Shown: one piece after another, positions 1 to 9,830 of the stretch | How positions within the stretch are numbered: position 1 is the stretch's first letter | How the letters are laid out: each line of letters opens with the position of its first letter | Origin: Anaerolineae bacterium | Lineage (GTDB): Bacteria > Chloroflexota > Anaerolineae > CG2-30-64-16 | Direction: 5' to 3' | Length of the DNA: 64,000 bases | Assembly: GCA_038214535.1 (NCBI GenBank) | Contig: JBBQRS010000009.1 | Span: 4,176-68,175 of the forward strand | Made by a program: the position numbers and the translations under genes | Notes under the pieces: model-generated | Databases searched by the model: none | Told to the model about the DNA's origin: nothing | The model's input: only the letters and a program-made list of their open reading frames with translations

Positions 1-644
1 CGACGGCGACCGCTACGCCAACCGAGACACCGACAGCTACGCCGACGGATGAGCCGACGCCAACGGCAACGGCGACCGATGAACCAACCATTACGCCAAC
101 GGAGACGGCCACTCTAGTGCCTGACCAAACGCCGGTTGTTCCCGGCAACTCGCCCACGCCGACCGCAACCGCCACGCGACCGGTGCGCCTGCCGCCGGTG
201 TATGTCAGCGAGGTACTCTCCGTGCCGGGCGTCACGGATTGGGATGGCGATGGCCTTGTTGGGCAAGGCGACGCGTGGATCGAGTTGCATAATGGTTCCA
301 CACGGGCGGTCAGCCTGACCGGCTACCGGCTTGATACGGGACGTGGCACGCCGGTATATCGCATTCCCAGGGGCGTCATCCTGCGACCGGGCGCGTATAC
401 AGTGCTGTTCGGCAGCCAGACCGGTTTGGCGCTGAGTGAGCGCGGCGGCCAAATCCGGCTGCTGGATGCCCGTGGGCGATTGGTGGAGACCGTGACCTAC
501 GGCGCATTGACGCCAGACGCCAGCCAGAGTCGGGACGCCGCGGGTCAGTGGCATCTCGATTATCCGCCCAGCCCCGGCGCAAGCAACTTACCGTCGTCCG
601 CCAACACCACTCCGACTGTCGAGATCATATCCCCGACGCGTTGA
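1..644 (+). CDS. Lamin-tail-domain (LTD) surface protein, partial (5' end lies outside the window). A Thr/Pro-rich linker precedes a C-terminal LTD domain.
   Basis: The reading frame is open from base 3 (TATATPTETPTATPTDEPTPT...). The C-terminal ~110 aa match the LTD pattern (GDAWIELHN...LTGYRLD...IRLLDARGRLVETVTYG). Stop at 644. Confidence 0.7.
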   Translation, partial: TATATPTETPTATPTDEPTPTATATDEPTITPTETATLVPDQTPVVPGNSPTPTATATRPVRLPPVYVSEVLSVPGVTDWDGDGLVGQGDAWIELHNGSTRAVSLTGYRLDTGRGTPVYRIPRGVILRPGAYTVLFGSQTGLALSERGGQIRLLDARGRLVETVTYGALTPDASQSRDAAGQWHLDYPPSPGASNLPSSANTTPTVEIISPTR

Positions 645-682
645 TTCCTGGATACACATAACCGCGGAGTACGCATCCTCAG

Positions 683-2074
683 ATGCGCACTCCGCGGGGA
701 CGGCGCGTCATCAGCAAGCGGGTAGCCCTGCCTTTGGTGCATTGGGGCGAGGGTGCTACACTTGGCGCGGCCATGCTCACGACCGAAGCCTTCTCCAGCG
801 CCCGCGTCCGACTTCAACGGACCCTTTTCGGTCACGCGGCCGAAACCCTCGAGGACCGTAACTATCGCAACCTGCTCATCAGCGGCGCGTGGTTCGGCCC
901 CGCAGAGGGCGGCGTCTTCCAGTTTCTCGCTGTTTTTGTCGCCCGACTTGGCGCTTCACCGACCATTGTCAGTATGTTGACGGCGGGGCCGGCCCTCGTC
1001 AATATTTTCGTGGGGATCCCCGGCGGCGCGTACGCGGAACGCCGCGCCGATCAGGTGCGGCTCGTGGTGTGGGCGGGCTTCTTCGCGCGGTTGAGTTACC
1101 TGCTGATCGCTCTGCTGCCCTTCTTCTTGCCCCCTGATAAGATCGCCATCGGCATTGTGATCCTCTGGTCGTTGACGGCGATCCCGAACGCGGCCCACGT
1201 GCCGGCCTGGACCTCGATGATGCAGCGCGCCGTCTCGGCCAAGCGCCGCCCCAAGCTCAACGGGACGCGCTGGGGGCTGATGAGCCTCATCTCCGGGATT
1301 TCGCTGACCATCTACGGGTTCATGCTCGACCGCATGGCTTTCCCCATCGGTTATCAAATCATCTTCATGATCTCGTTCCTGGCCGCGCTGATGAACCTGT
1401 ATTATTTCAGCAAAGTCGTGATCCCGCCCTTTGTGTCGGGGCGCGAAGCGGGTCAGGGCCAGGGTTCCATCTTTGCCGAGATCCCCGAGCTCTTTAGGTC
1501 TTATGTCTCAACCCCGCGTTTTGTGCGGTTTCTGATTGCCAGCGGCGCGTTCCGGCTGGCGCTGGCGATGCCGGTCGGCCTATTCAGTATCTATTGGGTG
1601 AATGACCTTCAAGCCACCGACGGGTGGATCGGTCTGCGCGGCACGGTGGGGGCGTTTGCGCTGGTGATCGGTTATTTCTTCTGGGGGCGCACCGCGAATC
1701 GCATCGGTCATCGGCGGATGTTGCTGATCTGCGGGGTCGGACAGGCGTGCTACCCGGTTCTCACGGCGTTGGCCCCAAATGAATACTGGTTGTTGCCCGC
1801 CGCGTTCGTCTCAGGGATCACCGCGGGCGGGATTGATCTGGGCCTGTTCGACATGCTGCTCGCCGCGTGCCCTGAAGGCCGCCAGCCGACCTTCGCCGCC
1901 GGCTCCGCGGTCTTCACCAGCATGGCCGTGACCGTTGGCCCGCTGCTTGGGGCGGCGATGGCGCAATCAGCAAGCACGCGGACGGCATTGTTCATCATTG
2001 GCGGGTTACAGGCGATCGCGACGCTGGGGTTCCTCCTCCTGCCGAGTCGTGAACAGGAAAACCACGAGTTATGA
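683..2074 (+). CDS. MFS transporter (EntS/MFS_3-like). The true start is probably the internal Met near 772.
   Basis: About 12 predicted TM segments. The N-terminal 'RNYRNLLISGAWF' motif resembles the MFS_3 N-terminus. Hydrophobic throughout. Confidence 0.75.
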   Translation: MRTPRGRRVISKRVALPLVHWGEGATLGAAMLTTEAFSSARVRLQRTLFGHAAETLEDRNYRNLLISGAWFGPAEGGVFQFLAVFVARLGASPTIVSMLTAGPALVNIFVGIPGGAYAERRADQVRLVVWAGFFARLSYLLIALLPFFLPPDKIAIGIVILWSLTAIPNAAHVPAWTSMMQRAVSAKRRPKLNGTRWGLMSLISGISLTIYGFMLDRMAFPIGYQIIFMISFLAALMNLYYFSKVVIPPFVSGREAGQGQGSIFAEIPELFRSYVSTPRFVRFLIASGAFRLALAMPVGLFSIYWVNDLQATDGWIGLRGTVGAFALVIGYFFWGRTANRIGHRRMLLICGVGQACYPVLTALAPNEYWLLPAAFVSGITAGGIDLGLFDMLLAACPEGRQPTFAAGSAVFTSMAVTVGPLLGAAMAQSASTRTALFIIGGLQAIATLGFLLLPSREQENHEL

Positions 2075-2085
2075 CGGGCGGAGCG

Positions 2086-2115
2086 TTGATATTTCGGCGC
2101 GCTTTGGTGTATAAT
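2086..2115 (+). promoter_or_regulatory. Sigma70-like promoter upstream of ftsK: TTGATA, 18-nt spacer, TG-containing TATAAT.
   Basis: TTGATA at 2086-2091 and gTGtATAAT ending at 2115, about 55 nt upstream of the ftsK ATG at 2171. Confidence 0.45.
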
Positions 2116-2170
2116 CGGTGTAACATAGAACATTTGCACGGATTGCATACGCAGTACCGGGAACAGAGAG

Positions 2171-4597
2171 ATGGCGAGACGACGGGCTAAACCCAAACCA
2201 AAAACCGGCCCTAACCTGGAGCAGTTGTTCCGTGGGGAGATCATCGGCGGCATCCTGGTGGTGCTGGCGATCCTCCTCATGCTGAGCCTGCTCTCGTCGA
2301 ACCGCGGGGAGTTTACGGGCGCGGTGGTTAACGGGCTGCGCGATCTGTTCGGCGTGGGCGTCTGGCTGGCGCCGCTGATCCTGGGGTTTGTCGGTGCATG
2401 GCTGGCGCTGCGCCACATCGCCGCCGACGATCCGATCTGGACGCGCCGGTTGATCGGCGTGTTCGCGCTTTTTCTCGTCGTCGAGAGCGTACTGCACATC
2501 CTGCTGCGCGACCGTTCGCTGCCCCCTGCCCCTTCCGGCGAGGCGGGCGGCGTGGTTGGTTCGCTGCTGGGGCAGGGCCTCGAAGACGCGCTGGGGCTGC
2601 CCGTGACCCTGACGCTGCTCTTCTTGCTGGCAGTTGGGATTTTAATCCTGATCGCCGGTTGGACCTCGGCCCAGATGGGGCAGACGCTGGCAGATAGCTG
2701 GGACGGCCTCAGGGGCGCGTTCAAAGGCCCCGACGGCAAGAACATCAATCCGCCGCTGCCGCTGGGTGAACCATCGCCGCTGAAAGAGTGGTGGCGGCAA
2801 TTGACGGCCGGCCGCGCCGCATCGTCCAAACCGTCGGAGGTCTTCCAACCATCTCCGCCGATTGCCATTAACCCGGCGCAATCTGCCAAAGCACAAACGC
2901 CGCCTTCGCCGCGCCCTTCGCTCTTTGCCCGCCCGACTACGCCTGCGACGGCTTCGCCGGCTGCGACCCGGACGCCGTCCGTAGAAACCCAGCCGCGCAT
3001 CGTGGGTGGGCGCGGGCAGACGTGGCGGCTGCCGGTGCTGGCGGAGATGCTCGAAGAAAGCTCGGAGGTGGATATCCAGAGCGATGACCTGCGGCGTCGG
3101 GCGCAGATCATCGAAACCACGCTGGAAGGCTTCGGCGTGCCGGTGCAGGTGGTCGAGGCGAACCAGGGGCCTGCCGTCACGCAGTTTGGGTTGCGCCCCG
3201 GCATCATCATACGCAAAGATCGCAAGGGCGAAGAAAAGCGCATCAAAGTCCGCGTCTCGCAGATTCAACAACTCTCCAACGATCTGTCGTTGGCGCTGGC
3301 GGCCTCACCGATCCGTATCGAGGCCCCCGTGCCCGGCCGCGACATTGTCGGGGTCGAGGTGCCCAACGTCCAGACGGCGCTCGTCGCCTTGCGCGGCGTG
3401 ATGGAGTCGGACGAATTTCGCGGGGCGCGTGGCCCGCTCACGATTGGGCTGGGGCGCGACGTTTCCGGCGCGCCCGCCGTCACCGATATGACCAAGATGC
3501 CGCACCTGCTCATTGCCGGGGCGACGGGATCGGGCAAGTCGGTGTGCGTCAACGCCATCATCACGGCGCTGTTGATGACGCATACGCCCGATACGTTGCG
3601 GTTCCTGATGATTGACCCGAAACGTGTGGAGTTGACCGTCTACAACGGCATCCCGCACCTGATTGCCCCTGTGGTGGTGGACGTGGAGCGCGCCGTGCCC
3701 GTGTTGCTGTGGGCGACGCGTGAGATGGAGCGTCGTTATAAGCTGTTTTCAAAGGCCGGGGCGCGCAACATCGAATCCTACAATGAAAAACTCGTGGCGA
3801 GCGGCGAACCGAGCCTGCCCTACATCGTCGTGATGATTGATGAGCTGGCCGACCTGATGCTCTCTGCGCCCGATGAGGTGGAGCGCCACGTTTGCCGGCT
3901 GGCGCAGATGGCGCGCGCCACGGGCATCCATCTGGTCATCGCCACGCAGCGCCCCAGCGTTGACGTGGTCACCGGTCTCATCAAGGCCAACTTCCCGGCG
4001 CGCATCGCCTTTGCCGTGACCTCGCAGATTGATAGCCGCGTGATCCTGGATACGCCCGGCGCGGAACAACTACTGGGCCGCGGTGACATGCTCTTCATGG
4101 CCCCGGACAGCAGCAAGCTCCATCGCCTGCAAGGCTGCTGGGTCTCGGATCGCGAGACGCAACACCTGGTGCGCTATTGGCGCGGCGCGCGGGCCTTTGT
4201 TGAGGACGGCGCGCCCGACGGGTTGCCGGTGGATGCGCTGGGCGCAACGCAGGCTGGGACGAGTGATGGGGCCGCGACCGGCGAGCTCGAGCCGCCGTGG
4301 TTGCCTGGGCAGGAAGCGCTGCAACAGCCGCTCTGGACCGATATGGCCGGGGTGGAAGCCAGCCTGTCGGGTAAGGATGACATGTATAACCAGGCGGTCG
4401 AAGAGGTGCGCAAAGCCGGGCGCGCCAGCGTGTCGCTGCTCCAGCGCCGACTGCGGATCGGTTATAGCCGGGCTTCGCGGCTGATCGAGGAGTTGGAGGC
4501 CGACGGCATCGTCGGGCCGGATCAGGGCGGCAGCCGCGGCCGCGAGGTGTTGCCGGATCAGGGCGAGGGTTCCGCGGCTGCGAGCTACGATGGGTGA
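2171..4597 (+). CDS. ftsK: DNA translocase FtsK: N-terminal TM domain, Pro/Ala-rich linker, RecA-like motor and a C-terminal gamma (winged-helix) domain.
   Basis: Walker A 'GATGSGKS' and Walker B 'VVMIDELADL' motifs. C-terminal 'SVSLLQRRLRIGYSRASRLIEELE' gamma domain. N-terminal hydrophobic helices. Confidence 0.95.
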   Translation: MARRRAKPKPKTGPNLEQLFRGEIIGGILVVLAILLMLSLLSSNRGEFTGAVVNGLRDLFGVGVWLAPLILGFVGAWLALRHIAADDPIWTRRLIGVFALFLVVESVLHILLRDRSLPPAPSGEAGGVVGSLLGQGLEDALGLPVTLTLLFLLAVGILILIAGWTSAQMGQTLADSWDGLRGAFKGPDGKNINPPLPLGEPSPLKEWWRQLTAGRAASSKPSEVFQPSPPIAINPAQSAKAQTPPSPRPSLFARPTTPATASPAATRTPSVETQPRIVGGRGQTWRLPVLAEMLEESSEVDIQSDDLRRRAQIIETTLEGFGVPVQVVEANQGPAVTQFGLRPGIIIRKDRKGEEKRIKVRVSQIQQLSNDLSLALAASPIRIEAPVPGRDIVGVEVPNVQTALVALRGVMESDEFRGARGPLTIGLGRDVSGAPAVTDMTKMPHLLIAGATGSGKSVCVNAIITALLMTHTPDTLRFLMIDPKRVELTVYNGIPHLIAPVVVDVERAVPVLLWATREMERRYKLFSKAGARNIESYNEKLVASGEPSLPYIVVMIDELADLMLSAPDEVERHVCRLAQMARATGIHLVIATQRPSVDVVTGLIKANFPARIAFAVTSQIDSRVILDTPGAEQLLGRGDMLFMAPDSSKLHRLQGCWVSDRETQHLVRYWRGARAFVEDGAPDGLPVDALGATQAGTSDGAATGELEPPWLPGQEALQQPLWTDMAGVEASLSGKDDMYNQAVEEVRKAGRASVSLLQRRLRIGYSRASRLIEELEADGIVGPDQGGSRGREVLPDQGEGSAAASYDG

Positions 4598-6098
4598 GGG
4601 TGTCGCGCTGAGGCGGGTCTTGCTGCTCGCCATTCTTGCCATCTATGTGTTGTTGGGAACGCTCTACGCCGTCAACACCCCCGACTGGCAGGCCCCCGAC
4701 GAACCGGCGCACTACAATTACATCCGCACCTTGGTCACAACAGGCCGCTTCCCCGTGCTCCAACCGGGCGACTATCCCGCCGACTATCTGGATGAGATCA
4801 AGCGCCTGGGGTTCCCGGCCGAGATGAGCATTGATCCGATTCGCTACGAGTTCCACCAACCGCCGCTATATTACATACTGGCAGCTCCATTTTATATCCT
4901 GGGCAACGGCGCGCTGTTGCCCATCCGCTTGTTTTCGGTGTTCCTGGGTGTGGGTATCGTGTGGGCCGCCTACGCGGTGGCGCGCCTGATTGTTCCACGT
5001 GAGCCTGCTATTGCGCTCGGTACGGCGGCGCTGATCGCGTTTTTGCCGCAACATCTCGCGACGGTCTCACAGGTGGGCAATGACGTGCTGGCGGAACTGC
5101 TGGTGGGGCTGGTGTTGCTGATATTGCTCATCTGGTTGCGCCCGCCGGTGGGGCAGATGCGCGCGTCGGGTGGGTGGCCGCTGTTCGGCCTGGGGCTGCT
5201 GCTGGGGCTGATCCTCATCACCAAGACGACGGCGTACATTGCCGTGCCTCTGGTATTCGGCGTGATGTTGTGGCGCTGGCTGGCCGAGCGGGCGTCGCTG
5301 CGCCGCGTCGCGTCCGACACGGTTGCCGTCTGGGTCCCGGCTATACTGATCGCGCTGCCGTGGTATGCCCGCAATCTCGCAATTTACGGCTGGCCGGACG
5401 CGCTGGGGTTGCTGCGGCATGATGCGGTGGTCGTGGGGCAACTGCGTACCGAGGAGTTCCTGGCCCAGAACGGTGCAGGTGTATACGTCGAGCGGTTGGG
5501 CGAGTTCACGTTCAAGAGCTTCTGGGGCGTCTTCGGCTGGCTGGGCATCTTCATGGATAGCCGCGTGTATTTTGTTTTGACGCTGCTCACGGTGTTGGCC
5601 GTGGCCGGGCTGTTCTTCCGGTGGCTGGTGTGGCCGCGCCGCCAACGTGCAGGAGCCGCGAAGCGCGCCGCCTATGCCCCGGTGCTGCGTGTGCCCTGGA
5701 AGGGCGCGCAGATCGTCGCCGCGCCGATGCTTTTCACCGTGATGGCGTATGGTTGGTATAACATCCAGTTCGTCCAGCACCAGGGGCGCTATCTGTTCAC
5801 GGCGCTCATCCCCATCGCCATCGGGTTCTGCCTGGGGTGGGATGAAGCCGTGACGCCGCGCAGCGCGCGCTTCCTCGCGGCGGGGCTGGTATTATTGGGC
5901 CTCGTCATGGCCGGGGCGACGCTGTGGCTGGGACAGGGGTTGCCCAAATGGCCGCTCGCGCTGACGGGGGCGGCCGCGGTTGCGTTGGCGCTGGCGTCCA
6001 TCCTGCCCGCGCGCTTCCGCTATCTGAGTTACGCGGCCCCCTTCTTGCTCTTGCCGATCATCGCAATTTACGCTGTCTGGGGGCCGATCACGCCCTGA
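4590..6098 (+). CDS. Glycosyltransferase family 39 / PMT_2-type (ArnT-like) membrane glycosyltransferase.
   Basis: Multi-TM protein with the 'DEPAHY' motif typical of PMT_2/GT39. ATGGGTGA start overlaps the ftsK stop. Confidence 0.7.
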   Translation: MGEGVALRRVLLLAILAIYVLLGTLYAVNTPDWQAPDEPAHYNYIRTLVTTGRFPVLQPGDYPADYLDEIKRLGFPAEMSIDPIRYEFHQPPLYYILAAPFYILGNGALLPIRLFSVFLGVGIVWAAYAVARLIVPREPAIALGTAALIAFLPQHLATVSQVGNDVLAELLVGLVLLILLIWLRPPVGQMRASGGWPLFGLGLLLGLILITKTTAYIAVPLVFGVMLWRWLAERASLRRVASDTVAVWVPAILIALPWYARNLAIYGWPDALGLLRHDAVVVGQLRTEEFLAQNGAGVYVERLGEFTFKSFWGVFGWLGIFMDSRVYFVLTLLTVLAVAGLFFRWLVWPRRQRAGAAKRAAYAPVLRVPWKGAQIVAAPMLFTVMAYGWYNIQFVQHQGRYLFTALIPIAIGFCLGWDEAVTPRSARFLAAGLVLLGLVMAGATLWLGQGLPKWPLALTGAAAVALALASILPARFRYLSYAAPFLLLPIIAIYAVWGPITP

Positions 6099-6100
6099 GG

Positions 6101-7051
6101 ATGAGGAGTGTTATGGATTTCGTTCAATTCGCCCGCGCCGTCCAGGATAACGTCGGCAAAGTCATCATCGGCAAGGAAGAGGCGACCGAGTTGTTGCTGG
6201 TCGCCCTGCTGGTGGAGGGCCACGCGTTATTGGAAGACGTGCCCGGCATCGGCAAGACCACGCTGGCGAAAGCGCTGGCGCGCAGCATTGACCTGAGCTT
6301 CGCGCGCATCCAGTTCACGCCCGACCTGCTGCCCGGCGACGTGACCGGCATCAGTTTCTACAACCAGAAGCAGCAGGAGTTCGAGTTCCGGCCCGGCCCC
6401 GCCTTCAGCCAGGTCCTGCTGGCCGACGAGATCAACCGGGCGACGCCTCGCACGCAGTCGGCGCTGTTGGAGGCGATGCAGGAGCAACAGGCGACGGTGG
6501 ACGGGGAGACCTATACCTTGCCCCGCCCGTTCCTCGTGCTGGCAACGCAGAACCCCATCGAGTTGGAGGGCACGTTCCCACTGCCCGAAGCCCAGGTGGA
6601 TCGCTTTCTCGTGCAGATTAAGCTGGGCTATCCCTCGGAGCAGGACGAAGAAGAAATCCTGTTGCGCTATCAGCGGGACGATCCGCTATTGGCGCTCCAA
6701 CCCGTGGCGACCGTCGCCGATGTGACGACGCTTCAGCAACAGGTGCGCGAAATTCACGTGAGCGACGACGTGCGGCGTTATGTGACGCAGGTGACGCGTG
6801 CCACGCGCGAGCATCCATCGGTAGACCTGGGCGTCTCGCCGCGCGGCACGCTCGCGCTGTTCAAGGCGAGCCAGGCATTGGCTGCCCTGCGCGGGCGTGA
6901 TTTCGTGATCCCCAGCGACGTGCAGGCCTTGTGTGAGCCGGTGCTGACCCATCGCGTCCACATCAGCCCGCAGGTGCGGCTGCGCGGCCGCACGCCCGCG
7001 CAGGTGATTGCCGAAGTCACCCAGACCGTGCCGGTTCCGGTGACGGAGTAG
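6101..7051 (+). CDS. MoxR-family AAA+ ATPase.
   Basis: 'EDVPGIGKTTLAKALARSI' Walker A and 'LLADEINRATPRTQSALLEAMQE' sensor region. Start chosen at the ATG three nt after the upstream stop; the ORF track extends further upstream. Confidence 0.9.
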   Translation: MRSVMDFVQFARAVQDNVGKVIIGKEEATELLLVALLVEGHALLEDVPGIGKTTLAKALARSIDLSFARIQFTPDLLPGDVTGISFYNQKQQEFEFRPGPAFSQVLLADEINRATPRTQSALLEAMQEQQATVDGETYTLPRPFLVLATQNPIELEGTFPLPEAQVDRFLVQIKLGYPSEQDEEEILLRYQRDDPLLALQPVATVADVTTLQQQVREIHVSDDVRRYVTQVTRATREHPSVDLGVSPRGTLALFKASQALAALRGRDFVIPSDVQALCEPVLTHRVHISPQVRLRGRTPAQVIAEVTQTVPVPVTE

Positions 7052-7054
7052 CGG

Positions 7055-8428
7055 GTGGCTGCGATGGAACCGGGCGCGCCTCCGATTGACGGCCCGACCC
7101 GCGCGGCTGCGCCGCCGGGCGGAAGTTCCGACGGCAAGGCAGGCACGCCGCGCGGCAAGCGCTATATTGATGAGACCAAAGATACCCAGTTCACCAGCGC
7201 ATGGCTCGTCCTGGGGTTGATCCTGACGGTCGCCGGGTTCTTGCTGAACAGCCGCTTCTTGCTCGCCGTGGCGCTCAGCCTGTTCGTCATTAGCGTGGCC
7301 GCGTGGGCATGGAATTACTTTGCGCTCACCGGTGTGGAATATACGCGCAAGTTCGGTGAGACGCGCGCATTTCAGGGCGAGACGGTCGAGCTGATGCTGG
7401 AGGTGCGCAACCGTAAGCTGCTGCCCGTCAGTTGGGTGCAGGTCATTGACGTTTTCCCCGCCGCGCTGACGGTCAACGAGCGGCAGGTTGTCACGAACCA
7501 GTCTACCAATCAGGGCGAGTTCACCAGTTTCTGGAGCCTGGGCGCGTTCGGGCGCGTCACCCGGCGGTTCGAGGTCGCTTGCACCCGCCGCGGGTACCAC
7601 GCCTACGGCCCCGCATCCATCTCTACCGGCGACGCGTTCGGGATGTTCAGTTCCAGCGGCACGCTGACGGGCAGCCAGCGCCTGATCGTCTACCCGCGCA
7701 TCTATGCCGCCGCAGAACTGGGCTTACCGGCAAAGAACCCGTTTGGCGAGCGTCTCGCCGTCTCTCCGCTCATTGAAGACCCCCTGCGCACCGCGGGCAT
7801 CCGCGACTGGCAGCCCGGTGATGGGGTGCAGCGCGTGCATTGGAAGGCCACGGCGCGCCACCAGGCGTTGTTGAGCCGGCTTTATGAGGCCAGCCAGGAG
7901 TCGCAGGTGATGATCTTCCTGAACGTGGCGACCATGGAGCGGCACTGGCTGGGGCATTACCCCGAACTGATGGAGTTGGCGATCAGCGTGGCCGGCAGCC
8001 TGGCCGTGATGTCCGCCGAAATGCGCCTGCCGGTGGGGTTGATCGCGAACGGCTTCCTGCCCGGCAGCGACCAGCCGTTGCGTCTGTTGCCCGGCCGCAG
8101 CCCCGAGCAGATCGTACACATCATGGAACTGCTGGCGGCGGTCACGGCGTTTGCTACCGAGCCGATCGAAGGCCTGTTGCTGCGCGAGGCGCGGCGGCTG
8201 CCGTGGGGCGCGACGATCCTGGTGGTCACGGGGATTGCTCACGAGGGCCTGCTGGCGAGCCTGGCCGAACTGCTGCACGCGGGACGCAAGGTGGTGCTCT
8301 TCACGCTGGCCGAGAGTCCGCCGGAGGGACAGATCCCCGGTTTGGTGGTGTATCACATGCCGCAACTGTTGGATGATCTTGTGGCGCCCGATCTGGTGGC
8401 CGAAGGCGGGAATCATGCTGCTCGCTGA
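7055..8428 (+). CDS. DUF58 domain protein, the MoxR partner.
   Basis: 'GIRDWQPGDGVQRVHWKATARHQALLSRLYE' matches the DUF58 signature. N-terminal TM helices. Immediately downstream of moxR. Confidence 0.8.
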   Translation: MAAMEPGAPPIDGPTRAAAPPGGSSDGKAGTPRGKRYIDETKDTQFTSAWLVLGLILTVAGFLLNSRFLLAVALSLFVISVAAWAWNYFALTGVEYTRKFGETRAFQGETVELMLEVRNRKLLPVSWVQVIDVFPAALTVNERQVVTNQSTNQGEFTSFWSLGAFGRVTRRFEVACTRRGYHAYGPASISTGDAFGMFSSSGTLTGSQRLIVYPRIYAAAELGLPAKNPFGERLAVSPLIEDPLRTAGIRDWQPGDGVQRVHWKATARHQALLSRLYEASQESQVMIFLNVATMERHWLGHYPELMELAISVAGSLAVMSAEMRLPVGLIANGFLPGSDQPLRLLPGRSPEQIVHIMELLAAVTAFATEPIEGLLLREARRLPWGATILVVTGIAHEGLLASLAELLHAGRKVVLFTLAESPPEGQIPGLVVYHMPQLLDDLVAPDLVAEGGNHAAR

Positions 8429-9830
8429 TCGCCGCCGCACGTTGATTTTCCTGTGTATGGCGGGCATGGAGGCGGCCTGGATCACCCCGTTCGTGCTGTT
8501 GATGTTTCGCCCCACGCCGTCAACACCGGTGGCGTATGGCGTCGTCCTGGCCGGGCTGCTCGCGTGGATCCTCATCCTGGAACTGTTGGGCCGTTCCGAG
8601 GTTCCCTCGCCGCTGTACGAGGTCGTCGCCTTTGGCGTGATGTTGCTGGCGGGGTTGGTCATGGTGCGCGTCTTACTCTATCGGCAGTGGCCGCTGAGCG
8701 ACTTCGGCTGGCTGCCGCAGACGGTGCGGGACATCGCACGCTCCGCGGGCGGAAAGCCGCCCGCGGTAGCGATCTTCATCACGAACCTATTCCTGTGGCA
8801 CCGCGCGACGACAGCCACGGGCCGGGAGATCAGCTTCTTCAACGTGGGCATGAGCTTCCGCCGCGGGTTGTTGTTGTTGATCGCCGGGGCGGGGCTATAT
8901 GGCTATTTTAGGGGCGGCGCGCCGTTGTTGCTGCTCTGGTTGTTCCTGGGTTTCGGGCTATCGGCGGTCGCGCTGGCCCGCATTGACGAGAAGGCGCGCC
9001 CCGTTCAGAGCGCGGGGGTTCCGCTGCCGCCGCGCCGCATGGCGCAACTCGTGCTCGCGATCACGGCGACTGTGGCGAGCGCCGCGCTGGTGTCGCGTGC
9101 GTTCACACAGAGCACGCTTGTCGCCCTGTTGCAACAACTCGCGCCCGTGTGGCGGTTGATCGAGCCGGTCCTGGCCGGCCTGGTTGCTCTGATTGTGCGT
9201 CTGCTGGACCCACTCTTTCGTCTCCTGGACGGCATCCTGAGTTCGCTGCTGGCCGGGGCCGCCATGCCTACCCTGACCGAATACGGGCCGTCAACTGCGC
9301 CGGATGGTCAGGACGCATTGACGCGGGAACTGCCCTACTGGTTGACGGACCTGCTGCCGCGCATCCTGACGGTTGCTGTGCTGGTGATTGCCGTCGTGGC
9401 GATTGTGACCTTCCTGCTGTTGTGGCTCGAACGCTCGCGGGGTCGCAGGGTGGATCGGCAAGAGGCAGAAGAGGAAACGACGGAGCCGTGGACGCCGGGC
9501 GCAGGTCTTTTGGGCTATCTGAAGAACGTCGCTTCGCTGGCCTCACGGCGCGGCGTGAACCGACAGTTACTGGCGGCGGCTTCCGTGGAGAACATCTACG
9601 CCAACGTGTGCCGGTTGGCGCGGCGTCGGGGCTATGGGCGGTTGCCTGCACAGCCGCCGGATGATTATATCGCGGTGCTGGTGCGTGCGTTTGGGGGGCA
9701 CGAGGAGGCGCTGAACCGCATCACGACCGCATATATGCGCGTGCACTACGGCGATCACCCCGTCTCGCGCGCCGAACTGGACGCAATTCGTGCGGACTAT
9801 CAGGCGTTGCGCGCAAGCCAGGCTACGTGA
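8415..9830 (+). CDS. Multi-TM membrane protein with a C-terminal DUF4129-like domain, third member of the MoxR operon.
   Basis: Start set at MLLADRRR (ATG 8415). Six or more hydrophobic helices. C-terminal 'PPDDYIAVLVRAFGGHEEALNRITTAYMRVHYG' resembles DUF4129. Confidence 0.6.
   Translation: MLLADRRRTLIFLCMAGMEAAWITPFVLLMFRPTPSTPVAYGVVLAGLLAWILILELLGRSEVPSPLYEVVAFGVMLLAGLVMVRVLLYRQWPLSDFGWLPQTVRDIARSAGGKPPAVAIFITNLFLWHRATTATGREISFFNVGMSFRRGLLLLIAGAGLYGYFRGGAPLLLLWLFLGFGLSAVALARIDEKARPVQSAGVPLPPRRMAQLVLAITATVASAALVSRAFTQSTLVALLQQLAPVWRLIEPVLAGLVALIVRLLDPLFRLLDGILSSLLAGAAMPTLTEYGPSTAPDGQDALTRELPYWLTDLLPRILTVAVLVIAVVAIVTFLLLWLERSRGRRVDRQEAEEETTEPWTPGAGLLGYLKNVASLASRRGVNRQLLAAASVENIYANVCRLARRRGYGRLPAQPPDDYIAVLVRAFGGHEEALNRITTAYMRVHYGDHPVSRAELDAIRADYQALRASQAT

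Noticed and set aside
1750-3246. 498-aa ORF on the minus strand antisense to ftsK.
   Set aside because: It is entirely antisense to a strongly supported ftsK gene. The product is Arg/Ser/Pro-rich low complexity, typical of spurious ORFs in high-GC DNA.
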